A program made the translations under genes and the position numbers. Below are positions 47,334 to 57,800 of a stretch of DNA of 64,000 bases, one piece after another. The notes under the pieces are model-generated. The model had not been told where the DNA came from. It did not search any database and saw only the letters and a program-made list of their open reading frames with translations. The stretch comes from Candidatus Fermentibacteraceae bacterium (lineage in GTDB: Bacteria > Fermentibacterota > Fermentibacteria > Fermentibacterales > JCC-6). The DNA lies in the NCBI GenBank assembly GCA_046485185.1, contig JAWOHL010000041.1:67299-131298 (forward strand). Direction: 5' to 3'. Each line of letters opens with the position of its first letter. Within the stretch, counting starts at the first letter, position 1.

Positions 47334-48532
47334 TTTTCCACGAACTCTCTGTGCAGCGCCCTGAGGGCCGTGTCCCGCTCCGTCATCGCCACCAGGGCGC
47401 TGATCGTGGCATGGGAGTCGACGGTCTGGAGCATTTCCACACCGGCTTCACTGAGGGCGGCGCTGAACCTTGCCATGACGCCCCTAAGCCCGTGCATGCC
47501 CGCGCCCACTATGGAGACCTTGGAGCAGGGTGCCAGAGAAAGACAGCGCAGCCCTTCGCTCTCCAGTATTCCGGCAACCCGTTCCCACTCGTCGAGGGGT
47601 ACGGTGAACACTGCAGTGTCACCGAAAACGCTGAACATGTCCATGGATACCCCCGCATCGGCCACAAGCCCGAAAACCCGGGAATGAAAGACGTGGTACG
47701 GCCCGGGGCCGCCTGAGACGGTCATCCGTGCCACCGGGGGACCTGACGCCACGCCGACGATGTAGTTTGCACAGACAGAGGGTACGGGCTCGACACTGGT
47801 TACCACCTCGCCTGTGGCGAAGGACCTGACCCTGATGGGAATGCCTGACGCGATGGATGTTTCGGCGGCCCTGGGATTCACGATCTTCGCACCCTGCCAC
47901 GCCATCTGTCTGAGGTCCTCGGTGCAGATCCGATCGAGTTTCCTTGCCTCGGGGACCTTTTCGGGGTCGGCAGAGTACACAGACTCAACGGTCTTGAAGA
48001 ACACAACTTCATCGGCACTGAGTGCAGCGGCCAGAACCACCGCTGTGGTGTCGCTGCCGCCCCTGCCGAGTGTGGTCACGCAACCCTCGGGCGAAAAACC
48101 CTGGAAACCCGCCACAACGGCCACAGCGCCCCGTGCCAGAACCCTTTTCATCCCGGTGGTGTCCACGCTGAGCACCATTGCGTCACCGGACCTGTCATCG
48201 GTCGTGATCCCCGCCTCCCACCCGGTGAGTGCTTCGGCCTCGATCCCGCTCTGCCTGAGGAGGGATGCCGTGACAAGGGCGCTGATTATCTCTCCGCACG
48301 CCATGAGCCTGTCCCGCTCGGCCGGATAGGCTCTGTCGTAAAGCAGCCCGAGAAGGGTATCGGTTGCGTATGGGTCGCCGCTGCGCCCCATGGCGGAAAC
48401 AACGACAACAAGGTTTTCGCACTGGGAACGGAGCGTTCCGCAGATCTCAGCGGTCCGCCGCTGCGACTCCCTGTCCGCAAGGCAGGTCCCGCCGAACTTG
48501 GCCACAAGCAGTTTCTTCAACAAGGCTGACAA
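47330..48532 (-). CDS. lysC: Aspartate kinase; start uncertain (TTG 48532 or GTG 48505)
   Basis: VAKFGGTC, VVVVSAMG..TD, C-terminal ACT domains. Confidence 0.88.
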   Translation of the reverse strand: MSALLKKLLVAKFGGTCLADRESQRRTAEICGTLRSQCENLVVVVSAMGRSGDPYATDTLLGLLYDRAYPAERDRLMACGEIISALVTASLLRQSGIEAEALTGWEAGITTDDRSGDAMVLSVDTTGMKRVLARGAVAVVAGFQGFSPEGCVTTLGRGGSDTTAVVLAAALSADEVVFFKTVESVYSADPEKVPEARKLDRICTEDLRQMAWQGAKIVNPRAAETSIASGIPIRVRSFATGEVVTSVEPVPSVCANYIVGVASGPPVARMTVSGGPGPYHVFHSRVFGLVADAGVSMDMFSVFGDTAVFTVPLDEWERVAGILESEGLRCLSLAPCSKVSIVGAGMHGLRGVMARFSAALSEAGVEMLQTVDSHATISALVAMTERDTALRALHREFVEK

Positions 48533-49556
48533 ACTCCTCGCATGTTCTTTCCCATGTGTAAAGCTCCTCCGCCCTGGACCGGGCGGCAGCCCCCATTCTT
48601 CTTCTCAGTTCTGCGTTGTCAAGAAGCAGAATGATCTTCTTCGAAAGCCCCCGGGCGTCTCCGGGATCGTATAGAAAACCCTGCGTCCCCGGGGTGATCA
48701 GTTCAGGCACGGCGCCCCCACGGGAGGCAACCACCGGAAGCCCCGCCCACATGGCTTCTGCGAGGGCGATGCCGTAAGCTTCCCAGGGAGCGGCGTGCAC
48801 AAGAACATCGGCCTTCCCCATGAGGCTGTAAACCTCTTCCTTGCTCAGATGCCCTTTGATCGTTACCTTTCCCTTCAATGCGGGAGACTCAGCGGCTTCA
48901 GCCACCCTTCGGGCGTACTCGGGCTCTTCCGATGAGGATCCCGCGAGCACCAGGTCAAAATCCCGCCCCTCCAGCATGGAGCATGCCTGAAGGATAGTCT
49001 CCTGTCCCTTCCTGGTCGTGAGAGCCCCCACGCACAGAAGAACAGGTTTTCCGCGGGACAGCTCAGCGGAACTTTTCACGTCGAAGCGGGAAAAGCCCGG
49101 GGGGATGACCCTGATCCTCTCCGGGGAAAGGCCCATTTCGGAAAGCCCGGACATCGTGGCCCGGCTGTTGCACCAGATCATGTCGCCCCTTCCGACCAGC
49201 CACTTGACGATTGCAGGACGGGATCGAGAGGGTGGCCGGGGGCTGTCCATCCATTCCAGATGGTGCACAAGGTAGAGCACGGGAAGCCGCCAGAACGCCA
49301 GAAGTATCCTGAGAGGGACCATGAAGGTGTAGCTTCTCGCAACCACAAGCACATCGGGCCTGAAAGCGACAACCCTTCTTAGAACCTCCCACGAACCGGC
49401 AAGCCTTCCGCCCCTTGCGCGGGGCGGGATCGTTCCGTGATGGACCATGTCAATGGTGTGCCCCCGGGATTCCAGAGCGGCCGCGGCCCTGATGTTGAAA
49501 TCGTAGCCGCCCGTGTGATGGTCTCTCAGGCCAAGCATGACAAAGGATACCCGCAT
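48447..49556 (-). CDS. Family 4 glycosyltransferase
   Basis: 369 aa from an internal ATG (MRVSFVML). EAYGIALAEAMWAGLPVVAS E-x7-E motif. Confidence 0.8.
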   Translation of the reverse strand: MRVSFVMLGLRDHHTGGYDFNIRAAAALESRGHTIDMVHHGTIPPRARGGRLAGSWEVLRRVVAFRPDVLVVARSYTFMVPLRILLAFWRLPVLYLVHHLEWMDSPRPPSRSRPAIVKWLVGRGDMIWCNSRATMSGLSEMGLSPERIRVIPPGFSRFDVKSSAELSRGKPVLLCVGALTTRKGQETILQACSMLEGRDFDLVLAGSSSEEPEYARRVAEAAESPALKGKVTIKGHLSKEEVYSLMGKADVLVHAAPWEAYGIALAEAMWAGLPVVASRGGAVPELITPGTQGFLYDPGDARGLSKKIILLLDNAELRRRMGAAARSRAEELYTWERTCEEFVSLVEETACGQVRRDLPCGQGVAAADR

Positions 49557-49641
49557 GAACCGACCCCCGGGGTACGTGGAACATGGACGGATTATAGCCG
49601 CTGTGCCGGGGTAAGTCATTTACTGAACCGTACCGATCCGT

Positions 49642-49670
49642 TTGCGCCATTGTCTTGTTGCCTGTATACT
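49642..49670 (+). promoter_or_regulatory. Candidate promoter TTGCGC-N17-TATACT
   Basis: Good -10, correct spacing, 37 nt upstream of the TTG start at 49707. Confidence 0.45.
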
Positions 49671-49706
49671 TGTTCCGGTTCACCGGTACAGGACAGGAAA
49701 ACCACG

Positions 49707-50900
49707 TTGAAACGGCTTCTTCTTCTCACATCCGGTTTCCCTCCCGCGGTCAACGCGGAAACTCCCGCTCTTCTCGCCGCGTGCAGATACCTTCCCACTT
49801 CCGGGTGGGAGCCGGTGGTGATGGCGATGCCCCCCTCCCGCCCGCTTCACTCAGATGAAACCCTGTTACGGGAGATTCCTTCCAGAGTGAAGGTCTTCCG
49901 CGGGCCCGGCAGCCCTGGCGCGACCGCCCTTCCCGCGGTGCTTTCCGACCTGCTCAGAGCGCCCGACCCTCTGGCCCGCAACCACAAAGCCATTGTCAAC
50001 GCCGGCCTCGAGATAATCCGGCGGGAACGCCCGACCCTTATCATGCCCTTGATGCCCTCGCACTCACTGGGTCAGGTCTCAGTCGAGCTTTCACATAAGA
50101 CGGGCCTTCCGATGATCCCGTTCTTCGCGGGGCTCTGGCTCGCCGATTACTCCGCGGTCTGGACAAGCGGTGTGCAAAGGCTTCTCCACGGTTTTCTGGA
50201 GAAACGCATTGTCAAGTCGGCCTCGGCGCTGGTAACGGGAAGCGAGGGCGCTGCGGGCTGGTTCATGGAGAGGTACCCCGGGTTCTGCCCGCCTGTCCAT
50301 GTTGCTCACAACTCATTCGACCCCGACAGAACGTCTCCCGCTCCTCCCGTCGAAAAGGGCGGCGCACTCAGGATAGGTTGGGTGGACAGCTTTCGTGGAA
50401 CCCACACGCCGGAAACGGTCCTTTCAGGGGTCGGCGAGTTCTTTCGAAGAAACCCTGACACGGCCCTTCAGGTCGAACATGCGGGCCTGATGCCCGATAC
50501 TTCCCGGACACACAAAAATATCAGCTTCAACGGGATGCCCCCCTGGAGGAGCATGCCCGGGTTCATGTCCTCATGTCATGTTCTGCTTCTTTCGCTCCCC
50601 GTCGGCATCAACAGCCACAGGGAGTGTCCGGCGGTAGCTGCCGACAGCCTCAGAACCGGCAGACCCATCGTCGCGGCCACACCCGAGGGCGACATGAGCC
50701 AGACTCTCAGGTCACTGGGCGGCGCCTACATCTGTCAGCCTGATCCCATGGCCCTGGCCTCGACCCTCGAGGATGTCCACGATCACTGGCGAAAGGGGAT
50801 ACTTCGAGCCCCACGCGATCAGATGAAGATCTCTGAACAGCTCAGCGGAGCCGTCACCATGAAGAATCTTGCCGGTTTTATCGACGGTTTCCGGGGCTGA
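49707..50900 (+). CDS. GT-B-fold glycosyltransferase-like protein (TTG start)
   Basis: MKRLLLLTSGFPP after the TTG. Two Rossmann-like halves, but no clear E-x7-E motif. Confidence 0.6.
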   Translation: MKRLLLLTSGFPPAVNAETPALLAACRYLPTSGWEPVVMAMPPSRPLHSDETLLREIPSRVKVFRGPGSPGATALPAVLSDLLRAPDPLARNHKAIVNAGLEIIRRERPTLIMPLMPSHSLGQVSVELSHKTGLPMIPFFAGLWLADYSAVWTSGVQRLLHGFLEKRIVKSASALVTGSEGAAGWFMERYPGFCPPVHVAHNSFDPDRTSPAPPVEKGGALRIGWVDSFRGTHTPETVLSGVGEFFRRNPDTALQVEHAGLMPDTSRTHKNISFNGMPPWRSMPGFMSSCHVLLLSLPVGINSHRECPAVAADSLRTGRPIVAATPEGDMSQTLRSLGGAYICQPDPMALASTLEDVHDHWRKGILRAPRDQMKISEQLSGAVTMKNLAGFIDGFRG

Positions 50901-50924
50901 CCATAAGGAAGGAAGGCTCAAGAT

Positions 50925-51404
50925 ATGCCCGATGTGACCCTTCATGATGTTCCGACCGATATCGGTCAGTTCACCGAACGCCTCAAGACGCTGGGAGAGA
51001 CCCCTGAAGGCGCCGCGGCCGCTGTCATAATAGGCCTCGCCCTGCTGGCGATGGACAGGGAACTCGGCAGGAAGTGCATCGCCGCCGCCGACCCCTCACT
51101 TCCCCCGTCACGGCTCAGGTTCGTCGAGGAGAGGCTCGAAGGGAAGGAGTACCTTCCCAACAGCTACATCCTGGGAACAAGCCCCGAAAACCGTTACCTT
51201 CCCCAACAGCCGCCGCTGGTCATGAGGTTTACAACCAACCCCCACAGCGGAGACCCCGCCCGGGGAAGGGTGAAGCTCTTCGTTGCGTGCTCGGGCGCGG
51301 ACAGCCCAAGGCCGATTACCGTGGAAAAGAACAGGGACGGCCTGTGGACCGCTGTTGAATGGAGTTCGATCCTCTCCGGGATCAGGCCCCCCGTTCAGCC
51401 GTAG
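50925..51404 (+). CDS. Hypothetical protein (159 aa)
   Basis: Clean ORF 24 nt after the previous gene. No family recognised. Confidence 0.6.
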   Translation: MPDVTLHDVPTDIGQFTERLKTLGETPEGAAAAVIIGLALLAMDRELGRKCIAAADPSLPPSRLRFVEERLEGKEYLPNSYILGTSPENRYLPQQPPLVMRFTTNPHSGDPARGRVKLFVACSGADSPRPITVEKNRDGLWTAVEWSSILSGIRPPVQP

Positions 51405-51410
51405 AACCGC

Positions 51411-52631
51411 CTAAAACTCCACCGCCATCCGCATCACCAGGGCTCTCTGATCCGACGACGGGTAGAACGGGTCGGAAGAACCCCCCACGAAGTCATCCCC
51501 AAGCATTTTCCACACGGTGGAGGAGATCGAGCACTCGGGAAGCCTGCCCACGGGGTTTCCGGAAGCATCCATGAGGTATGCGAGCTGGACAGGGGCCCCG
51601 AAGCCGCCCGTAGGAGTGAAATCCCCGCCCGCAGTGACGCTGACGTAAATCGCAGGCTTCCCGTCGAGAAGCTCGAGAAGGGTGCGATCCGAGGGTTTCA
51701 CCCTGAGATTGGGAACACCCAGAGAAGGAACGCCGTCGTACTGCGCAGTGGCAGCTCCGGTCAGGGGCAGGCCGTAAGTCATTGCAGTCCTGATGTCGGT
51801 GAACGGCTCGACGAAGACGCCTTCCCTCACGAGAGGCACTCCCTCGGGGGGGGTGACGGTGCCCTCGACGTCGAAGAAGGGGGTTCCATCCCTCTCATCG
51901 GCGAACTGGAGAAGGGTCAGATCATCCGAGAAAACCTTTTGGTCGCGCTTTCCCGAAAGAAGCGAGGAACCCGTGGCGTACCTGAGACCGTGAAGGTCAC
52001 CGATGGTCTGGGAGAGGGCCGTTGCCGTTTCGGTGAATACCACGTTGTGAACCCCTGATGCCGGTGGCGCGACGGGGTTCAGGAATGCCAGGAACTCACG
52101 GCGGATCTCCTTGAGGACCTGCCCGAGATCCCAGTTCGTGCCTCCGGTTACGAAAAAACCGTCGAGGATGGCGCTGCTGTCCCTTCTTTTAAATGTGAGT
52201 GACAGGTTGTATCCCCGAAGGACGAAGCTGAGATCAAGCCCCGCTCCCGTGAGGGTGCGACGATACCTGCCGAACGTCAGTTTCCCGGAGACGAGAATGT
52301 CTGGAAACTCACCGGACAGGGCCGACACGATTGCCTCGGCCTCGGGCAGGACGCTTCCGTTCTCACCGCCCGGCACCTCCCTGTGGCGGACCAGGCCGCG
52401 ATTGGGTGCCCATGGGAACGGAACGCTCCCCAGGGCCTCCTTCGCCCTTTTTCTCAGGTCGCCCGTGTCGGGCTCGCCGAGACAGCCCGCTACACCCACG
52501 GTTTCGCCGTCGTAGAGCCTGAGGCCGGTCTTCACTATGCTTCGGTTCCTCACTGAGTCCACACTGCCTGCGGTGATGCCGGCGGTAGAGTCATCCATGC
52601 TCTCGGTGCCTACGTGTTCCACCATATTCAT
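51411..52631 (-). CDS. pmbA: PmbA/TldE-family protein (TldD partner)
   Basis: 406 aa, C-terminal GGDFTPTGGFGAPVQLAYLM-type motif, adjacent to tldD. Confidence 0.65.
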   Translation of the reverse strand: MNMVEHVGTESMDDSTAGITAGSVDSVRNRSIVKTGLRLYDGETVGVAGCLGEPDTGDLRKRAKEALGSVPFPWAPNRGLVRHREVPGGENGSVLPEAEAIVSALSGEFPDILVSGKLTFGRYRRTLTGAGLDLSFVLRGYNLSLTFKRRDSSAILDGFFVTGGTNWDLGQVLKEIRREFLAFLNPVAPPASGVHNVVFTETATALSQTIGDLHGLRYATGSSLLSGKRDQKVFSDDLTLLQFADERDGTPFFDVEGTVTPPEGVPLVREGVFVEPFTDIRTAMTYGLPLTGAATAQYDGVPSLGVPNLRVKPSDRTLLELLDGKPAIYVSVTAGGDFTPTGGFGAPVQLAYLMDASGNPVGRLPECSISSTVWKMLGDDFVGGSSDPFYPSSDQRALVMRMAVEF

Positions 52632-52662
52632 TCCTCCGCCCTGCCCTGCTTTGGTTTCATTT

Positions 52663-53991
52663 CTAATTCACCTGCATTTTGCGTACCCTTACGAAGGGTC
52701 CGCCAAAACCAACCGGCAGCGGATACTGCTCCATCTTGCCGCAACCGCCCCCAACGAAGCCCAGCACCTCCCACTCCCGGGAGAGGCCGTCGATCTCACC
52801 CAGGGTTTCCATGACGTTCCCGGTGATGACCGAAACCCTGAGGGGCTCGCTGATCTCGCCCCCGCGGATCCTGTACGCCAGGTTGGGGGCGATGGTGAAG
52901 GTGGACATCCCGGAGCCGTGCTTCACGGTCTCGACGAAAATACCGTCCTCTATCCCCCCGAAAAGGTCCTTCTTCGAAATGTCTCCCGGCTCGATGCAGG
53001 TCGTTGTCATTCTGGGAATGGGCTCGTAGTTGAAACTCACGGCCCTGGCGTTCCCGGTGGGCGCCTCGCGAAGCTCGGCCGCCGTGATGGCGCTGTGGAG
53101 CCTGCCGGAGAGAACGCCGTTCTTCACCAGGAAAGTCCTTCCGCCAGGGGTTCCCTCGTCGTCGAAGGGGGTATGGCCCGTGCCGGGCACCGTACCGTCG
53201 TCCCAGATGGAGAGGATGTCGGGTCCCACCCTGGCGCCCAGGGGCCACTCCCGAAGCATCGTCTCGTCGCCCGTCATGAAGTCCGCCTCGCTCTTGTGGC
53301 CAAAGCTCTCGTGGGCGAAGATCCCGGCGGCAAGGGGGGAGAGAACAACGGTGTGCTCACCCGCCACGGCGTCAACCGCGCTTCCAAGGTAGTCGAGTGT
53401 CTTCTGAAGGCGCGCCCGAAGCTCATCCTGACACCCCTCAAGGTCTCCCGGGACCAGCCCGGTCTTCATGAACTGCTCGGACGCGCGGGATTCCCCTTCG
53501 GCCATGGAGAAACCAATGCCGATCCCGCAGTTGAACCGGTCGAACGAGATGTCGGCGCCCAGGCTCGAGACGATCCTCTTGCGGGAGTAACCGTCCCCCA
53601 GAAAACCGCTCCATGACGCGATCTGAGGGAATGCCTTGAGTTCCCCGAAGTAAGACTCGAGAGCAGCGGTCTTCGATTCGAGGGTACCGTCAGGACGGCC
53701 CGAGATCCTTTCCCCCTGTTGCCGGGAGAGACGGTCGAGAACGGGGTGTCCCTCAATCCCCCCGGCACCTGCCATTGCCGCCAGGTCGTCGAGCTTCCCC
53801 TGTACCGTCGACTGCCGGGGATCGGTGAGCGATGAGAAGTACCATCTGATGCCGTCGAACACCCTAATGAACGCCGTGCGCTCGGTTCTTTCCCTTTTCT
53901 GCTCAAGCCTGCCCATTACGAAGGCGATCACCGTGGTGACGCTCTCCTCAATGCGCACATCCGAAAACACGCCTCCCGGAAACCTGTACAT
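52663..53991 (-). CDS. tldD: TldD-family metalloprotease
   Basis: 442 aa, HESFGHKSEAD (HExxxH) motif, GGCGK near the C-terminus. Confidence 0.8.
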   Translation of the reverse strand: MYRFPGGVFSDVRIEESVTTVIAFVMGRLEQKRERTERTAFIRVFDGIRWYFSSLTDPRQSTVQGKLDDLAAMAGAGGIEGHPVLDRLSRQQGERISGRPDGTLESKTAALESYFGELKAFPQIASWSGFLGDGYSRKRIVSSLGADISFDRFNCGIGIGFSMAEGESRASEQFMKTGLVPGDLEGCQDELRARLQKTLDYLGSAVDAVAGEHTVVLSPLAAGIFAHESFGHKSEADFMTGDETMLREWPLGARVGPDILSIWDDGTVPGTGHTPFDDEGTPGGRTFLVKNGVLSGRLHSAITAAELREAPTGNARAVSFNYEPIPRMTTTCIEPGDISKKDLFGGIEDGIFVETVKHGSGMSTFTIAPNLAYRIRGGEISEPLRVSVITGNVMETLGEIDGLSREWEVLGFVGGGCGKMEQYPLPVGFGGPFVRVRKMQVN

Positions 53992-54055
53992 GACGACCTT
54001 CCTTCCGTATTGATACCGGACACAAGTATATTCATTCGCTGAAGGGCAGCAAACG

Positions 54056-54829
54056 ATGGCTGATTACTACAGGGGCTTCGCTGAGTACTACGATGCTCAG
54101 GTTGAATCCGTCGGCGGAAGGGACGACATAGAGTTCTACGTCCGAATGGCTGCCGCTTCCAAAGGCCCCGTTCTCGAGATGGGGTGCGGCACCGGTCGGG
54201 TGACGGTTCCCATGCTGAAAGCGGGAGCGGCGGTCACAGGGCTTGACCTCTGCCCCGACATGCTGGAGGTCGCACGGCGGCAGGTTTCCTCCCTTCCCGG
54301 TTCCATCCGGGAACGTGCGAGATTTGTCCAGGCCGACATGACCGATTTCTCAATCGACGGGAAGTTCGACCTCATCGTCACACCTTTCAGGCCCTTCCAG
54401 CACCTGACGACCCCCGAAGAGCAGCTTGCGTGCCTCGGGCGCGTCAGAAGCCATCTGGCCCCGGGCGGCACCTTCGTTCTTGACATCTTCGACCCTGATC
54501 TCGACATCCTGACGGACAGGGGCAGGGTGAACGAGTTCGGCGATGAGCCTCCAATAACGCTTCCCGACGGCAGCGAACTCACCGTCCGGTACCGCACACC
54601 AGGGATCGACACGACGGCTCAGGTCTGCCACTGCGAGATGATCTACCTGATCCTTCACCCCGACGGCCGCCGGGACAGGTTCGTGCAGCCCTTCACGATG
54701 CGCTGGACCTACCGCTACGAGGCCGAACACCTTCTCGCCCTGTCGGGTTTCAGGGTGAAAGAGGTCTTCGGCGGTTACAGGGGCGAGCCGGTGGGCGCCG
54801 GTGAGCTTGTCTTCCTGGCGGAGGCCTGA
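54056..54829 (+). CDS. Class I SAM-dependent methyltransferase
   Basis: VLEMGCGTGRVT motif I and GLDLCPDML. Confidence 0.85.
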   Translation: MADYYRGFAEYYDAQVESVGGRDDIEFYVRMAAASKGPVLEMGCGTGRVTVPMLKAGAAVTGLDLCPDMLEVARRQVSSLPGSIRERARFVQADMTDFSIDGKFDLIVTPFRPFQHLTTPEEQLACLGRVRSHLAPGGTFVLDIFDPDLDILTDRGRVNEFGDEPPITLPDGSELTVRYRTPGIDTTAQVCHCEMIYLILHPDGRRDRFVQPFTMRWTYRYEAEHLLALSGFRVKEVFGGYRGEPVGAGELVFLAEA

Positions 54830-57800
54830 TGCCGGCGTTCCTTTTCACGGACATGGAAAACTCAACCCTGAAGTGGCAGACCCACCCCGAGTTCATGCCC
54901 ATGTGTCTCCAAACCCATGACGATATCGTCGGGAACTGCATAGCATCCTTCGGCGGCTCAGTGGTCAAAAACACGGGAGACGGCTTCCTGGCCGTTTTTC
55001 ACAATGGAGGCTCGCTTCAGTGCTCCTGCGAGATCCAGCGCGCACTGTCCCGGGAAGACTGGGACAGGGTGGAAGGCCTGTCGATAAGGATCGGGGTCCA
55101 TTCAGGACCGGTCACCGAACGAGGGAGCGACTTCTTCGGAACCTCGGTGAACAGGGCGGCGCGTGTTATGGCGGTTGGGTCCGGCGGTCAGATCGTCTTC
55201 ACCGAAGAAGCCCTCAAGAGCGAGACTGTCCCCCCCGGAACCGACATGCTGAACCACGGCTTCCACATGCTTTCCGACCTTCTCGACCCCCTTGGCCTTT
55301 ACACCCTCGCCTGGAGCGGCTGCCCCGATTCCGATCACAGACAGCTTCGTACCATCTCCCTCTCACCGGGAAGCCTGCCACTCCAGAACACCCCGTTCGT
55401 GGGAAGGTACGACGACCTGAACAGGGTGAAGACGATCCTTACCAGGGATTCATGCCGGCTGCTCACACTTCTGGCCCCGGGGGGCGCAGGCAAGACAAGG
55501 CTGGCGTTGCAGGCGGCGGCCGATCTGGTTCCGGTCTTCACCGACGGGGTGTTCTTCATCCCCCTGGAACAGGTCAGGGATCCGGGCGCTGTTACCGCCG
55601 AGATCTGCCGAAGGATGGGGATCACCCTTGCCGGACCGTCCGGGGAGATGCAGCAGCTCCTCGCCCGCATGAGGGGCATGAAATGCCTTCTCATCCTTGA
55701 CAATATCGAGCATCTGCCGGATTGCGGCCCGATCGTCTCATCCATTCTCTCCGGAACAGGGGAAGCCAGCATTCTCGCCACTTCCCGCCACCGGACAGGC
55801 CTTCGGGAAGAGTGGCTTTACGAGGTGACCGGCCTCTCACTGCCAGAAGAGGAGTGCCGGAGCTTCGAGGAATCGGACGGCTGCACTCTTTTCATGCAGA
55901 TCGCGGAAAGGACGGCGCCGGGTTTCACTCCCGATGACGTGCAGCGCCGAAGCATCGAGTCGCTCTGCACCCTGCTCGAAGGCTCACCCCTGGGCATCGA
56001 ACTCGCCGCATCATGGGTAAGGCTGGTTCCCCCTTCCGTTGTGTTATCAGAGCTGAGAAGGGACCTCAGCCTGCTGGAAAGCGGTGACCCCCTGATACCG
56101 TCCAGACAGAAAACCCTCGGACAGGCCTTCGATTACTCCTGGAAGCTCCTGAACGACAGTGACAGGAAGGCTCTTGCAGGGGCTTCGGTCTTCCATGGTG
56201 ATTTCAATGCTGCGGCTTTCAGCAGGGTCACAGGCGGAAAACTCAGGGACCTGGCGGCTTTGCACGACAAATCACTGCTCCGCCGCTCCGGCACTGATCG
56301 TTTTGCCCTTCACGGGATCATCAGGGGGTTCGCCCGTGAGCACATCGAAGCGCATCCCGATGGCGCCGACGGGCTCGTCTGCAACCATCGGGACTGCTTT
56401 GCCTCACTGAGCGCCGAACTGCTTCCCCTTCTGAAATCGGGCGCGCAGCAGAACGCCCTGGAAGCGATTCAGCGCGATATCGACAACATCCGCGAGGGTT
56501 TCCTCAATGCCGCGGCAACGGGTTCGGGAAATCTGGTGGAAAGCTATTCCGATGCCCTGTCCATCTTCTTCCAGACGAAGAGCCGCCTGAGGGAGGGCAA
56601 GGCTCTTTTCGAGACCGCGCTGGCGACCCTTGCCGGAAGGGGTTTCGATTCTCCCGAAGCCCCGCCGGGGTCCCGCAAGTCCCTGGCGGCAGTGATGACC
56701 TCCGCAGCGATTTTCAACGCCATGACAGGTGATCTGGATGTGGCCTGGAAACTGGCTGAAAACGCCCTCGGATTAGCCGTATCGGTTGAATCCACAGTAG
56801 ACGCGGCAAGAAGCCTGAACATCATGGGAATAGTCAGGTACAACAGGGGCGACCACTCCGGCGCCGCCGGGTTGATCGAAAAGGCCCTGTCACAGAAGGA
56901 TGTGATCCGTGACCCCTGGGTTCAGAGCAGTATTCTCTGCAATCTGGGCAATGTGCACGAATCGCTCGGGAACAGGGAAAAGGCCGTGGAGTGCCTCAGT
57001 CGGGCTCTGGACCTCGCCCGGACAACCGGTGACAGGTTCAGGATGGCATCCATACTTGTCAATCTTGGAAGGCTGCTGGACAGGAACAGCGGAATGGAGA
57101 TGCTTGGCGAAGCTCTGACCATAAGGGAGGAGCTGGGCGACAGAAAGGGAATCGCTTTCCTTCACACCGCTCTCGCCTCACGGGATGAGGACCCCGGGGG
57201 GGAGGCGGCTCTCGACCACTGGCTCAAGGCGCTCTCAATCCAGAGGGAGATCGGGGACAGGCCCGGGGCTTCCAGAACCCTTTACAGCCTGGGCAACCTG
57301 GCGGCGGAGCGGGGGCATCTCGATGACTCTCTGGGCTACTTCGCTGACAGCGTGGCCCTTGCCGGGTCGATCGGAGCCACCCGCGCATTGCACGACGCCC
57401 TCTGTCGAAAAGCCCTGGTCATGGCCGTTGCCGGAATGGCGCCAAAGGCGCTCGAGACGATGAAAAACGCAGAAAGGGATGCTTTCACCGGGAACAAACC
57501 GCCATCCCTCGAGAAGCACCACGCCACGATCGCCCTCTGCGCCCATTTTGCCGGTGAACCGGAACTCGCCCTCGGGGCAGTGAGCATGGCAATCAGCGCG
57601 GCAGAAGGGCGGTTCCTGCCCGAGACTGTCGCCGCAGCCGCCCTGATCAGCAAAGACCTGAACCGGACCGACGCAGCCATGGCCTGTGTTGATTCCCTTT
57701 TCAAAAACCTTCAGGAGGTCCCGGCTGAGATCAGGGTTGCACTTCCCCCGGGGTCCGGGAGTTCTGAAAGAGCACCCGATCAGGCTGAGTTGGCTGCCCT

